A stretch of 58,945 bases of DNA, counting the filler, from Sphacelaria rigidula (lineage: Eukaryota): NCBI GenBank assembly GCA_964200075.2. It is 9 parts of 9 records of this genome, joined end to end, with 100 filler letters (N's around TTAATTAATTAA, not from the genome) between each part and the next. Parts side by side here need not be neighbours in the genome. Positions count along the whole stretch, not along the records: positions 19,684 to 26,144 come from CAXNAA020019941.1; positions 26,245 to 32,705 come from CAXNAA020019942.1; positions 32,806 to 39,265 come from CAXNAA020019943.1; 6 more parts are not named here. The stretch is one strand, 5' to 3'. A model generated the notes under the pieces. It had not been told where the DNA came from, made no database searches, and was given only the letters and a program-made list of their open reading frames with translations. Shown piece by piece: positions 23,241 to 37,019 of this stretch; positions within the stretch are counted from its first letter, which is position 1, and each line of letters begins with the position of its first letter. Both the position numbers and the translations under genes were made by a program.

Positions 23241-23400
23241 GGGGCGGGGGTGTACTAATGATCTTGCATTCCGTAGTCATAACACCGTTGACCTTTCATT
23301 CCTACAGAGCCAAGACGGAGCACGCCGGGCTCTCGCCGGACCAGACTCGAAATCAATCGCGAAGCGCCATGATGTGTCCGGAGGGAACAGCGTGGTCAAC
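23241..23400 (-). mobile_element. Retroposon 3' tail family 2 ending in a C-run (also 25968-26144, 51015-51180, 52261-52385)
   Basis: On the plus strand a G-run is followed by TGTACT(A/C)ATGATCTTGCAT...GGAGCACGCCGGG...TCGCCGGACCAG in several contigs. Confidence 0.65.
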
Positions 23401-25081
23401 GGCACTTCAAAGTGACTACATTCCCTTCTTCAAAAAGTAGTTCGAGACGCCCCCTCCCATCACCAATCGAAGGACCATTCATGCATCTATATTGCTGTTC
23501 CACCATTGCAATGTTACGCATGTCGGACAACTCAACTCACCCCTACTCGGGTGAAGTCATTTTCCTATAACTCAGTGAAAGCTATTTTTCGCTGCCTGAG
23601 TTATACAGTATAAGACCGCTTCTTCTAGTCTGAAAACAGACTCTCTGAGAACTGCCCTTTTTGAGCCTTACATCGCGATTTTTTGGCGGAATACAGGCCT
23701 TGGCGGATTTGGCCTCCTCGGGAAGATTTTCTATGTTTTTCACGAGGATCCTAGCCCTCTTCTCCAACTTTTCGTACGCCCACCTTTCCTCTTGGCCGCA
23801 TTCGGGAAAAAAGGCATGTATATTTGGGGATTATGGCCACACTCTCTGTCTCTGACTACTGACTGACAGGCAGCAATAGCATACTGGCTGAAAACGGGCG
23901 TGGGTACGGGGGGGGATAAGAACAGTTGTTGACGCTATGGTATACATACATAAATGTGTATATATAAGGCATATCATCATGTGAACATACATGCTCATAT
24001 ACAATAAGTACATGGTCCCACTTATGGGCCCTACGAGATTTCGACTAATGAATCAGACGATTCCCAACAATACTGAAACACGAGCCGAGCTGAGGGAGCC
24101 ACGATACGAGCTTATTATACATCACGGGAAAAAAAACCCGGAAAAAGTGCTGCCCCGGCACGGCCGAAGACCACAGAAAAAAAGACAGCGTTCTTCGGCT
24201 GATCCTTCGACCACCATGGTGTGCAATCTGTTGCAGCATTGCCATCATTTTCACTTCAAAACTGGGTATTTTAAGGCCCAGATGACCCGCCCTGGGCAGT
24301 CAAAGAGTTAAATTTCTAATGTGTGGCTGCCCCGGAAGGCGGGGAAGGAGTCAAAGGGTAAAAATAAAAGGTGCGGAGGTTAAGGTATCAGTTTCGCCGA
24401 GGAGGCGTTATTACTCCAGTTCGGTGCCAAAATCCGGTGGTTGACACTTTTTTTTTTTCAAAGCTCCGACGCTAGGCCTATCAACCCTACCCCCTAAACC
24501 CAAAGCAGACCGAGAACCCTCGCGCAACGGTGGTGTAGGGAGTGGCCCCAGAAAAAAAAGAGTCTGCTTTGTTTCGACTCAAAACTGGCCCATCAACCTC
24601 AGGTCGACTGGAGAATGACACGCATGCGGCACACGCTTGCGCGCACATCGGATAAGGGCTTGAAGACTGTGAGCCGTGACCAACAAAAAACGAAATACGA
24701 TGTTAATAGTACACAGTGGACTCAAAACAAGTATATATATACGTATATGTCTGTGCATTCAACCATTGGATCTCGGGCGCCGACCTCGCGTTAACTCTTC
24801 ACAGTGCTGCGGGAACAAAATCCTGTACAAATCCGATCGGAGATTCCATATCGAAGCAACCAAGTTGAAGACGTTTATCTCGGAACGCTAGTTTTCCTCG
24901 GGATAGTCATCTCCCTTGGGAGATCCTCTTCTCATGACATCTGTTTCGGTCGTTAATGTATGTCAAGGTAGGGGCGCTCGGGGCTTGAGAGGGTGACAAC
25001 GGGAGCGTTCTTTTAGTTCCGCCCTCAGTCTGGAGATGTTTGCAGTATAGAGGTTATCTCGCAGTAGCAGTATTTATTTAC

Positions 25082-25154
25082 CTGACTTGGAGTTTTCTAT
25101 GATAATCGGCTCTTCATTTTCCTCCGAGACCAGCACGGCGCACATGTGCGATTC
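25082..25154 (-). CDS. FBP: Fructose-1,6-bisphosphatase class I, exon
   Basis: ccgcag acceptor, ESHMCAVLVSEENEEPIIIENSKSG, gtaaa donor. SEE metal-binding motif; phases match both neighbours. Confidence 0.92.
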
Positions 25155-25653
25155 CTGCGGGAAGGAGAGAAAAAAAAAAAGAGACAAGAAAGAAATTTTC
25201 CCCGCGAAAAATAATACATGAGTGATACCGAAAAAAAAAAAGTGGGATAGGAGCAAGTGTGTTGATTAAAATTTGAGCTCTTGGCTGTATCGCTGTCAAC
25301 GTCCAAAAGTAAACCGAGATTGGAGATTGGACTGTTTTCTATATCCGGAGGGGGCATGTGCGGGCATGCGATACGTACCTTGCAGGGACAACAAGAAGTT
25401 CGTGTTTTAGAACCGATGTACGCCTCCGTGAACATAGCAACAGCAACATCAACTTCGAAAGCAGCAGCAGCGGTGGCCGCAACAGTAATGGATGATGACA
25501 ATAACACCAAAGCCGACGACTGGAACGCGCAAGAAGGCGTGTTTCTGTGTGCCTATTTCAACAGTCAAAACGACGCTGCATGCATGTATGTACACGAAGG
25601 AAAAAAAAAACGAATAGCCCCCGTGAACACAGCCGACACGCATTTGTACGTAC

Positions 25654-25757
25654 CGTGAGAGCGCTGATCATAATATCATTCGACAGGATGTCGAGCTTCT
25701 TCACTTGGTCCCCTGATGTGTTGTCCGTTCCCGCAAGCCCGTAGAGCCCAGCGATAC
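25654..25757 (-). CDS. FBP: Fructose-1,6-bisphosphatase class I, most 5' exon recovered
   Basis: tatag acceptor, (G)IAGLYGLAGTDNTSGDQVKKLDILSNDIMISALT, gtacg donor. GLYG.AG..N..GDQVKKLD is typical of cytosolic FBPase. Confidence 0.93.
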
Positions 25758-28700
25758 CTATACGTTGAGGAACGTACATGATGATCCACGCGAGACGACA
25801 GAAGACAGCCAAAACATTATCGAGAGATTACACGAAGCGCAAGTATATATCCTTGTATGTGTGATGTACTGCAATGCGCTTACGTGCGTCCTTCTGGCTC
25901 TACTATATACGCGACAGTAGCGGAAAAAAATAAGTATCATACTCGTATCAGGTCAGAGCCACTCCATGGGGGAAGGGGGGGGAGGGAGGAGGGAGGTGTA
26001 ATCATGATCTTGCATGCCGTAGCCATAATACCGTTGACCTCGCATCCCTACAAAGCCGGGACGGAGCACGCCGGGTTTTCGCCGGACCAGGCTCGCACTC
26101 AATCACCACGCACGAAGCACCGCGATGTGTTCGGTGAGTCGCATNNNNNNNNNNNNNNNNNNNNNNNNNNNNNNNNNNNNNNNNNNNNTTAATTAATTAA
26201 NNNNNNNNNNNNNNNNNNNNNNNNNNNNNNNNNNNNNNNNNNNNTCTCTTAAAATTGATGCCGATTCAACAGAAGACTAACCTCGCGGTCTACGGGTTTA
26301 GAGTCGTCGAATTGGGCCGTGTGTTTGACATTTTCCGTGACGCTGCTGCACCCCCATAAATCAAGTGATAGGAGACTCCAGTTATGGAGATCATGAGGTC
26401 GAATCCCGATTCTCTTTCTTTTTGTCCATCGTTGAGTTTATACAATAAGCCGTACATTTTATTTCTATTCTTATTATCATTTAGCGGCGGTGTCGTGTGT
26501 TACCAAGTTGGTCTGCACTTCACAGTGATATATATGCTCACATTGGGTTCATTCGGGAAAGTGGGAAATCTTGGAGGCGGTTTTCCCGTCATCATATCTG
26601 CTACCGTGCGATGCTAGAGAATACAACGTCGGATACAGTGTTGTTTCAAATAGCCATGTTTTCACCAGGCTATCTGAATATCGTTTTTCGTCGATTCTTC
26701 CCCGATATCCATCTCTCTCACCACCAGTTCATTGTGGGTGGGTCGTGGTGAATGGGTCTCGCTGGAATCATCACGGGGTATTTCCTAAGCATTTTTCGGA
26801 AGTGTTTCGTTCCGTTCCGATCATGGGGGCCCCGGCTTACGAATATGTACCTCCGTATACTTCAGCGGCCATCTATTCTTTTCATTCCGTACTGAACGAT
26901 ATATCAAACAGAGACAGCATCACATGGGTGGTATGTACGAAATAATCGACTAGTTAAATCGAGGACAGGACCGGATGTTTCACTCCACAACTTGTTCACC
27001 ATCCGAAGATGGTGGAGAAGTACATCATATTGCCAGTTGGACGCCCCTGTCATGATTGAAGTTAGAAATTACAGCTGCAGGGCTTCACTCGAAATTTTAC
27101 TTCTATCGCGCGACAAATAAAACATCAAACTATGACAACATGAATCATACGTTCGACGAGGGCCAACGGTGTCCGAATAATTTGGCGGAATTGATTGTGT
27201 CAAATTTCAAGTTAAAATGTGCCATGCTGGCGGTAATTTTGCGTGTGAGCCAACGAACGCACATCCTTTTCAGTAAATGGACTGCACCTGTATATGTATC
27301 ACCATGAACAGCAGAAATGGGATATTTTCGTAGTAGTAGGCAAGATGGGATGGTTTGTCCGAAGAAAGATGGGTGTTGATTTCGTTCATGCACCTCATGT
27401 TTTTCACCTGAAGTCCATCGTTCGGGGCCCTCCTCACATATCATGATATCCATACTGTTTCCATGTGTACTGAGAGCACTGTTTTCGCAATGGGATGGGA
27501 TCCCTGACGATCATGGTCAGCACCGCATATGTACTACTCATCATGTCGACATACTCCCGGTTGCGGCGGGGCCGTAAAAGTCCCAGAAAAACGTCTCGGG
27601 TGCGAAGTACACGACACACTGCGGCCGAAGCGCAGTGCCCCCCTCCCACGTATGACGCTATGAGTTTCGAGCACCATGAGATTGCAGTATCGTGAGTACC
27701 GGCCATCACTTTTCATCCCTGATTCGCAGTACAGGCAGCACACACGGCATTTGATCCTCAGTGTAGTTTTTCGCTTCATGTTGTCTTTGAGGACTCAAGT
27801 ACTGACTGTACTACTGACAACGGCACCGAGATACGTACCGCCGCTGAACCAGTATCATGCACATACATGTGTCGATAGATTGCGCTCCTAGAATGTTATC
27901 CGATCAGTAGTACAGTACTTGAAAATATGGATGCATTGCACGATTTCCGTGAAACCCGGACGGTACTTGTGTGCAGGAAATGGCGCACTACACTGCTCCC
28001 CATATACCCATCATTCCTTTGCACAAATGGGCGAGATGTGAAACCGTCTAGATTTCTTTTTTCAGCTACGTATAGATTAAGCGATAAGGCCGTTCAATCC
28101 GCCGAACAACAACACGAGTATGAGATGCATCTAGATGCGTACGGTCGCCAACGCCACCAATAGAAAAGTTGCAAAACAAATGTACTTACGGCGTGTTGAC
28201 AATCGACATCATATCAGAGGTAGCATGCCACACGCACCATCGGCGTTCGCAGAAACGACAGTACTGGTGATCACTGGATTGTGACGGGCTCGGCAGACAT
28301 CCGAGACTCCAAGTATCTACAGTAAACTGTTGTTTCCGAGCTTTGTGGTAGTTTTGGAACGAACATTTATTATATACATTTCATTTGGAAGTTGTGGCAA
28401 ACAGTCCAGCACCCGCCAACAGAAAAGCAAGTGGACCTGACAGGTCGAGTGTAAAATCGAATTCAGTACTCACCGGTTTCTCGCTGGGGGATACCCGCAT
28501 TAAATCCACCAGCTCCGTAACCGTTTCCAGCTGCGTCGTCTGTTGTTACCGGAACGAGAAATGGCGGATGGAAAAGGGAAGGGACGTTTCGATCGACTAT
28601 GGTACAACTTGGGCAGTCGAGCTGTGGTCCAAACGAAGTGCAGCACTACTGTGCCACAGCGACCGTATTATTCTTCACTTCTCGAACAGTAGTAGTCGAA

Positions 28701-30948
28701 TTGATGGACAAAGTTTCACATCATGTCCAAAAGCAGGACTTCCGTACTGTTCTCCCAAGATATGGGTGGTAGGGTCGGAGCAACACTTGAATTTGAACCT
28801 GTTATGTTGCCGCAGCTGTACTCCTGCTTGCTTCATCCCTGCCGCTCACGACCGCAAACGACTCGATGTCTGCGATGGCCGATATCCTACCTGAGTCTTG
28901 TGGCGAAAGGTATTGCGCTCCATCGTCAAGATTCCACATTACTGCCTGGCTTCGCGTCCACGTGAGCTCCAAGGATTCCCACACAAGCAGGCCACACTGT
29001 GCACTGGCAGTATGGCAGTCACAGTACAGTATGCAACAAAACAACGTACCGCAGACAGTTTACTTTGGGGTAGTCCTGAAAGCTTGAAACCTGTAGTTGT
29101 AGCAGATGATCGTTCCCCAAATAACGAAGAGCCTGTAGAGCAACACCCTACACACTTGTGCAAGCAACCGACCGACCGCTAATTCACTCCAACGTACAGT
29201 ACTACCACACAAACGCGCTCCTACCATCCAGTGCACGGCATACGATGCCTACAGTTGGTTATATTTATGGGCCGTCAGTTGTGCTGGCGGCCAAATCTGT
29301 TCGCTGGAAAACGGCCGGGCTAAACGAAATGAGCCGCTTCTCCTCGGAGGCGGCGGACCCTCTCAGCAGGTGGGTCTGTTTCCAGCACCCCAGGGCATGT
29401 GTACCGTTTGCCACAAACCCTTGGATAGCCAATCACAGTGCAGTGTAATGATCCGCTGGACAGATGAAGCATCACGAAGGGAGAGCCACGAACCAGGAAG
29501 CGTTAACAAGGACTACAGGACGAGAGCCTAAATATTTTTGCCACTGCTTCTGCGGGTGCTTACGACCTTCCGTTTCCAAGCAACGGAGGGGTAAGAAGTG
29601 TCACAAGACGTCGGAGGCCGGATCTATTTCTAGAAAGCTGGCTTGTAGCTGCGTGCCCCTAGCTCGAACAACAGGAAGCCGGGTACGAGGTACAGTGAGT
29701 GTTGTCATCCCATTTATCTGGTGCAGCATGAACAGTGCTTCTTCACGATAGCATGTTATGTTCTGGTTGAAGGTAAATACAGGGTGACCTCGAGGCCATG
29801 AGCGAGGCCGAAGGTTTTACATGACGATGCTGCATCCCGGCTACATGATGTTGGGTGAGGACTCCCTGCGATCTTCCAGCACTCTTACCACCACGCGAGT
29901 GCTCCCATTTGAAAGAAAACAGCTGGGTTCTGTTTTCACACACACACATGAAATCCCTTGTACTGCTGTTCCAGACTCCAAACGCGCTGGTCGCTGGTCA
30001 GTTGATGAATGATCGTGCGTTGTTGATCAATATGCGGATAATAATTGCAAATGTACACCAGACACCAGTCCATCGCCTAAATATGTTTCAGCTTCAGCAA
30101 CTTCCAAGTGTGCGGTCCATTCCACCGCTGCATCATGACGTCATGAAGACCACGCGGTGCTTTGCAAGCGGGCCCAACTGTTGTAGTTCTAATGTGCAAG
30201 CTCCGCACCGTCCGTCAACAGTCAACAATCAAGGGCAAGATGATAACATTCATTCCATTATATATTACTGTAATTCGAAAACCCATCGCCTTATGTTCTA
30301 CATAGGGATGCATGGGAAGGAGGAAGAGGGAAGCGAGAAGTGTCCCGGGTTCGCATCGAGGTGCTGCGGTGGAAGTAGTGTCATCTACGGTCGTTGTAGA
30401 ATAGGTATCGTGATGCGGTACTGGGAAATGAAAAACATAATTCTGAAAGTGTTCAACATGATTTTACTCGTAGTGTTCTCGTGTACCTCGCACGGCCTCG
30501 TCTTTTTTTTCTTCAGCTTCATTCATACCCCTGCAGCCTATGAGACCAAATCTGAACCAACCATCACTTACACAGGGATATATTACAACAATATAGCAGC
30601 TGGCGTGAGAGATATGGGTGCAGACCACTTGACCGCAGCCTATACTTAGTGCGCATAGATTTTGTCCGTCGCAACTGACAGTTCCGCCAGTGTTTTCTAG
30701 GGGGGCTATTTCGCACACATTGTTGTACAGTATAGTGTATATAGGAGCCCGCATTAAAGGAGTGAATGTGAGCAAGGATCAAATGATCGGGGACAAAATG
30801 CGGGTGTGAGAATACAGCTTGAAGTACGCAGAAGATGGAGAAAAAACAGTCAAGGGGTGTGTATCATCGCGTCTTGTTGTTAAAACCAAACCTCCGACTT
30901 TCGAAGAAAGTAGATCGATTTCTTGATCAGGTCAGGTGATGGATCAGG

Positions 30949-32097
30949 TAATCCTTAGATCGCGATGCGGGTAGGCCATCTGGTCCGTGCCTACTTTTTC
31001 AAGTGAACTTGATGCCCATGCAACAGATGATGACCTCCTCTCGCAATCTAAGGGTTAACCCTTATTAGCTCTTGGACGGCGAGCGTACGTCATCTGTCGA
31101 ATCGGCATCAATCTCCCGTGAAAAAAGTATACGCGACTGTGCTCCTAAGCGATGCGGGTAGTCCATCTGGATCATACCCTCTTTTCAAGTGAAACTGATG
31201 CCGATTAAGTGGTAGGTGACCTACCCTCGCGGTCGCAGGGTTGACCCCTAGACCGCGGTGCGGGTAGATAATCTGGATCACGTATTTCACAAAGAAAAAT
31301 TGATGCCGATTCAGCAGGTGACTTACCCTCCCGGTGAGAGTGGACAGCGAGAGTAGGTCATCTGTTGAATCGGCATCAATTTCAATTGTTTTCATAATTC
31401 GGATGGACTGCGTTCGCGGTCTAACGGTTAACCCTTAGACCGCGAGGGTAGGTCGGTCAGCTGCTGAATCGGCATCAACTTTCACTTGAATAAAGTATGC
31501 CTAATCCAGATGGACTACCCGCACCGCCGTCGAAGGGTCAAGGGTTAGACCTTTGACCGCGAGGGTAGGTCACCACCTGAATCGGCATCAATGTTGACTT
31601 GAAAAAAGTATGTATGATCCAGATGGACTACCCGCACCGCTGTAGAAGGGATAAGGTCACCTGCTGAATCAATCGGCATCAACTTCCCTTCAAAAAGTAT
31701 TTGTGGTTCAGATGGACCCGCATCGGGATCCAAGGATTAACCCTTTGACCGCGAGGGTAGATCACCTGCCGAATCGGCATCAGCTTCATTTGAAAAAAGG
31801 TATGCGTATAATTCAGATAGACTACATTCGTGGTCTAAGGGTTACACGGGGACAGTTGGTCATCCGTTGAATCGGCATCAATTTCACTTGGAAAGTGTAT
31901 GTACGATCCACATGGACTACCCTCGCAGTCTTAGAGCGTGATGCTGGTAGTCCATCTGGATCATGCACACTTTACCCCAGTGGATATTGATGCCGATTCA
32001 ACAGGTGACCTATCCTCGGGGTCCAAGGGTAAGGATTAACCCTTAGACCCCGGTGCGGGTAGTCCATCTGGATCACGCACACTTCATTTAAGTGAAC
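30949..32097. mobile_element. Array of about 12 ~100-bp piggyBac-like mini-elements in both orientations
   Basis: Core GAATCGGCATC/GATGCCGATTC recurs about 11 times. Ends CCCTTAGACCGCGAGGGTAG / CTACCCTCGCGGTCTAAGGG. TTAA junctions at 31055, 31428, 31737 and 32036. Confidence 0.75.
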
Positions 32098-33320
32098 TTG
32101 CACACGTGGACAAATAGCACCCTGTAGGACGAGCTGCACAGGGTTCTCCACAGTCTTTGTGAAAACTCATATGTAGCATTTGCAAACCCTAGTACCTGTA
32201 ATAGCATTTTGCATAGCGTTTTTGTCAAAACCCTGCAAGCAACCCTGTGGAGAGGCCTTTCCAATGTGGAAAATTCCAAAATAGTTCGGTAAAAAATATG
32301 TAAATTTATTTTTTTGGAATAGCTTCTCCTGCTGTCCGCGATACACTTTTTTTTGCCCGATTCAAACCGGGCAAAAAATAATTCATCTCGGACAGTAGGA
32401 TAAGTTATTTTAAAACAAATCCTTTTTTCGCCCAATGTACTTGGGCGAAAAAAGGATATATTACGAACAGCTTATTCTGCTGCGCAAGTCCCATGCACAC
32501 TCGTAGATTTGGAATGTCAACAGCAGAAGCTCGAAATAAATCTTCACTTTGCCCTCCATTTCATCCGGAGATTGGGAAAAAAATATTTATGGCGAACAAC
32601 GTCAGCTGGGCATATCCCGCATACTGCACCGTTATCAGCATATAACAGTGTTTTCGTGAGATTGAGAGTAGATGATACGATTGATAATGAAAAGCGGTCA
32701 ATCAGNNNNNNNNNNNNNNNNNNNNNNNNNNNNNNNNNNNNNNNNNNNNTTAATTAATTAANNNNNNNNNNNNNNNNNNNNNNNNNNNNNNNNNNNNNNN
32801 NNNNNTGTGCTAATTGTTTGAATATTCTCTGCTGCTTCGTTTTTGCGATATGTGAGTGAAAGGGTTAAGTGGGGTTGGTGTTGTGGGTAACGCCCGTAAC
32901 TACTGCCACTTTTCGTGTTCTTGACTGCTGATGTTGAGAAGGACGGTGAGTGTGGGGTGGAACGTAGTGGGCGTGTGCTTCCCGAGTGCAACAGCTAAAC
33001 AATACAAGCAAACAACACTATATCAGTGTAGTCGCTGGAGCAACTATATTTCCGCGACACCGACCACTCGCAGGCTTGTAAATATGTACTCAAGTTAGAG
33101 TTCATTCCATATGAACGAGATCGTCATTCGGAGATGACGTCTGTATCTGTGATAGATATGATTGGCTCGATTACGGGTCATTTTCCTGCAGTGGATAGTG
33201 GTCGGTCCATTTTACAGATATATAGTGCCCAAAATCGGACCCCATTCACCCCCATAACGGTGGTCAACGCTTTGCTCCTCTGCAAGTCTGTACCAGGACG
33301 ATTTCAGGCCGAAATCGTTC

Positions 33321-33523
33321 GAGGGCAGGCCGAGTAGAGGATGCTCAATTGCGGGGTATTTTGAAAGTCGTGCTTGAAGTACGCAAACTGGGTGTAGGGT
33401 TTTAGGGATCGCTTCCCAGTTATTTTTCAGGTTCGACTATTAATACTGTGCCCTGATTTGAGTACCTCAAGTACGTCTTTCAAAATACCCCGCAATTGAG
33501 TATACTCTACTCGACCTGCTCTT
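33321..33523. mobile_element. Mutator-like MITE (~60-bp TIRs, ~10-bp TSD)
   Basis: GAGGGCAGGCCGAGTAGAGG..CTCAATTGCGGGGTATTTTGAAAG is inverted at the right end. Flanks GAAATCGTTC and GAAATCTTTC match 9/10. Confidence 0.7.
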
Positions 33524-36500
33524 GAAATCTTTCCAACATCATCGACGCAACACTCGCACGTACCATTCACTTGCTTGTCGCACGACCTTTTCCAAGGCTA
33601 TATCAATGTTCCCCACCCATGAGACTGATTTGAACCCTGGCTCGCACTGCAACTGTTGCTTGTGTCCATTAAAACGGCAAGAGGGCTGGGAGGGAGCGGG
33701 TGGGTGGGAAATGGATGGCCTCGTGAGTCGTACATTTTTCAAGTAGTTGCATGTGGTTCATGCCTTAAACGACAACAAGGCGATGTTCCAGCTCAAAAGT
33801 ACAAGTCTGGTAAGACTGTCCTTGTTACATGAGCATGAGCAAACAAGGCCGAAGTATTGAGAGTACCCGGACGTCAAAGGTAACAAGGACACGTGGGTGT
33901 CAAACGGCACACTGGTGCAGTCGCGCGCGGACGGGGAGACGCGGGGGGGGGATCGGACTGATGTCGAAAAAATCGAATGTAACGTAATTTCAACACAAGA
34001 GATGGATACAAAATCAGTCGTAATGTAACGTCGTCTTCCTAGAGAAGGTGGGAGCAAACCCAAGTCGTGAAGAAAACTCAACCCATGCAGAATCAGTGAG
34101 TCCGTGCCCTCATTTTGTCACTTCAAATATGTGAACAGATGAACTTTGTATTAAGCAACTATGCAGTGAGTGCTTTCACTACTCAAGTGATTGATGATCA
34201 TGTATCCCATTTTGTTGCATTTCCCAAACTTGACCAAAAACGAAGGGGTGTCTAAACCAGCGAATAATGCATACATGTATATATATATATATATATAGAA
34301 GGGCTCACATGGGAGGTGCAATACTCCAATGCGAACAGCACGCAGTCCAATGCCCCGTACTCCTTCGATTCCGGGCGCACTATGCACAGGTTCAGGATAG
34401 ATTTCTCGTCGTCGTACATCCGTAAGACACACTCCACCACGGGATGCTTCGCTTCGGAGTACTGTTTTGTAGGATGTAGAGTTCAAGAAAAAAAAAAAAA
34501 AAAAGGGAGGACGATGTGATTCGCCAGCCTGCGAAAACACTGCCCCATTGCGCAAACCTGCAGAGAAGCATGAGGCAGGCCTAGGGGCAAGATGAGCTCA
34601 TCACGCAGAAGTACAAACTCATACGTTCCGAGAACCGGGAGAAGGGGAGAGATTGAAGGTACAACGGTCGGATCGATGTTATGTTGAAGCATTTTGCTCC
34701 GCGCGGATAATATGATCTCGATGGATTGGCCCTGCACTCAGGCTGCTCGTTCATATTTTTCTGGTAGAGTCAACGTGAACGATTTGTACCGGATGCACTT
34801 CATTTCATGATGTCGGCTACGCATTACCTGTTGTGTGATCAGGTCGACCTTTAACGAGAAGAGAAGTGAAGGATTTTTGAAGTACGTTCATGCGGGCATG
34901 CAGGTGTACGTTAAAAAACATGAGGTGGTACGCACATAAACAAAACAAGGGCAACTTATACCCTTTCAGCTGAGAGTCGGGTGTACCCGACTGGCTTGTT
35001 GACAAAATGGGGTTGTCTAACAAAGTCTCCTCTTCCGCTCCCTAATTTAAACTGTTGCCGTGTGTAGGAAAAACGAAAGGGTTGGTCATGCCGCTCAAAC
35101 ACGTTGGGCGTGGGGCTGAGGCGCTTGAACGTGTTTAAGAGGTGCCCATCACGCGTGCAGCACCGCGCCCCGAACCGAACAGTGCACTGCCCGTTTTGTT
35201 CCTAAAACCACGGGGTAAACCTTTCTTGCCCATTACGGACAATGCCATGTGGTCTTTTGTCTGTGAGAGACTCAGTAGTATTACCTCAGAGGCATCGGTG
35301 CACATCACTGTAACCGACTCAGAAAGCGGCCGCGAGAGGGGCACATGAGCGAAAACCATGGATAGGGGAACATGTACGTATGGTTCATGCTGCATGAAAG
35401 GAAATTCAGAAACACGAGTGATTCATGCCGCATGAATGGAGATTGGGAAGCATGTGCACTTGATTCACGTCGTATTGATCAAAAGTGATGACCCGTACCC
35501 ATGATTCACGCGGTGTATACGAACGGGGAGATTGATATACCTGTGAATCATGGCGTATGGGTAGCAGGTGGAAAACATGTATCAAATATTCATGCTGCAC
35601 GAATACAAGGAGGAAAAGGTATCCGTGAATCATGTGATTCATGCTGCATTAATCAAGTAGAGAAATACACGCCGTATGAATGGAAGATTTCGTGCTTTCC
35701 TTCTGTGGTCTTCTGTACAGATTGTACCGTACTATGGTGTGCTACGCTGTACTGTCCGCTAACTGCAGCGGGTGCTGCTGGAACGTTTCCGAAAACTCAT
35801 GCGAACACGCGGGGACAGACTCCTGCAGTACTGGTGCTGTCTGAAGCTGCCTTCGCACTGGTTTATACATTCAGGCCAACTGTACCGCAACACAAAACAT
35901 GAGACCGCGGAAAGACCGTCAACAGCTTTGCGTGAAAAAAGGGAGCTGCTGGAAGAATTACACTCCAGGCGCGGACATGCATGCTATGCTATGCTGTACC
36001 CTACTGTCTGCGCACCGCATTATACGCTACCGGGGTACCCGAAAACTCCCACGGACATGCGGAGGCGACTCGAGCTGGTGCTGTCTTATTTGCAGGTGTT
36101 CGTGGTATTGTATACGGTATATTCAGGTCTACTCTACCACAGAACACTACATGGAACCACAAATGAAATATGTCGCGCTCTATATGATGTGTTGTACTAC
36201 TTGCGAGTACCATACTTGAAATTTGGTGTATTGCGGATATGGCTGTGAAGGGGTGCTCTCTTATTTGCCTACGTCACGTGCAAAAAAGCCCCACCAACTG
36301 TGAGTGAGTGGATCCCGTGAGATTATAGGTGGGAAACAACATGTTCTAATGAGCCTTGTGACATGAACAGAAGTTGGGGAACATGCACCTACGATTCATG
36401 CTGAATGGATGGAAGGGGAGAGGCGTGTAACTGAGATTCATGGCGTGTAAATGGAAGGTGGGGAGCGTGCACCCATGATAAATGCTGCATGAATGGAAAT

Positions 36501-37019
36501 TAGGAAACACGAAAGCAGCTCGGGTTGAGTTGGTACTTTCGAATACTCGGGTAAACTACCCGGGGATTTGCTCCACCCCAGGTTTGGGTAGATTGGGTTC
36601 GACCTCCCATTCTTCGCCCATATTTCGGTAAGCACTCTTAACAATGCCTGGGTATAAAGTATATCAATCGGGTATGGCGTCGCTACTCTATACAAGATTT
36701 GGGTAATTTGCGTACGGTTTTCATTCTTCACCCAAGGATTGGGTAAATCGGGTACGACACAAAAGCCTCCACACGAATTTGGGTGAGCGCTCTCGGCAAT
36801 ATCTGGGTATCGAGTATCACTTGGGTATGAGCTCGATACTCTACCCAAAATGTGGGTAAGTCCGGTACGATGTCAATACTACACCCTAATGTTTGGATAC
36901 CATGAAGACGACATTTTAAGAAACAGAAGATTGAGTACACCCTTCTCGACCTGCCCTTGGAGACAGAAACCTATGACTCATACCATACGAATGGAAAGTA
37001 GGGGATGTGTATATTCGTT

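Noticed and set aside
26400..27800. Possible viral or transposase remnant (short similar peptides ERWxSG and LRKYP in two frames)
   Set aside because: The matches are too short and in inconsistent order; they may be chance.
29855..30649. 264-aa ORF
   Set aside because: No recognisable domain and composition typical of non-coding DNA.
30949..32097. CRISPR-like array
   Set aside because: Units are ~100 bp, diverged, in both orientations and without unique spacers; no cas genes; eukaryotic context.
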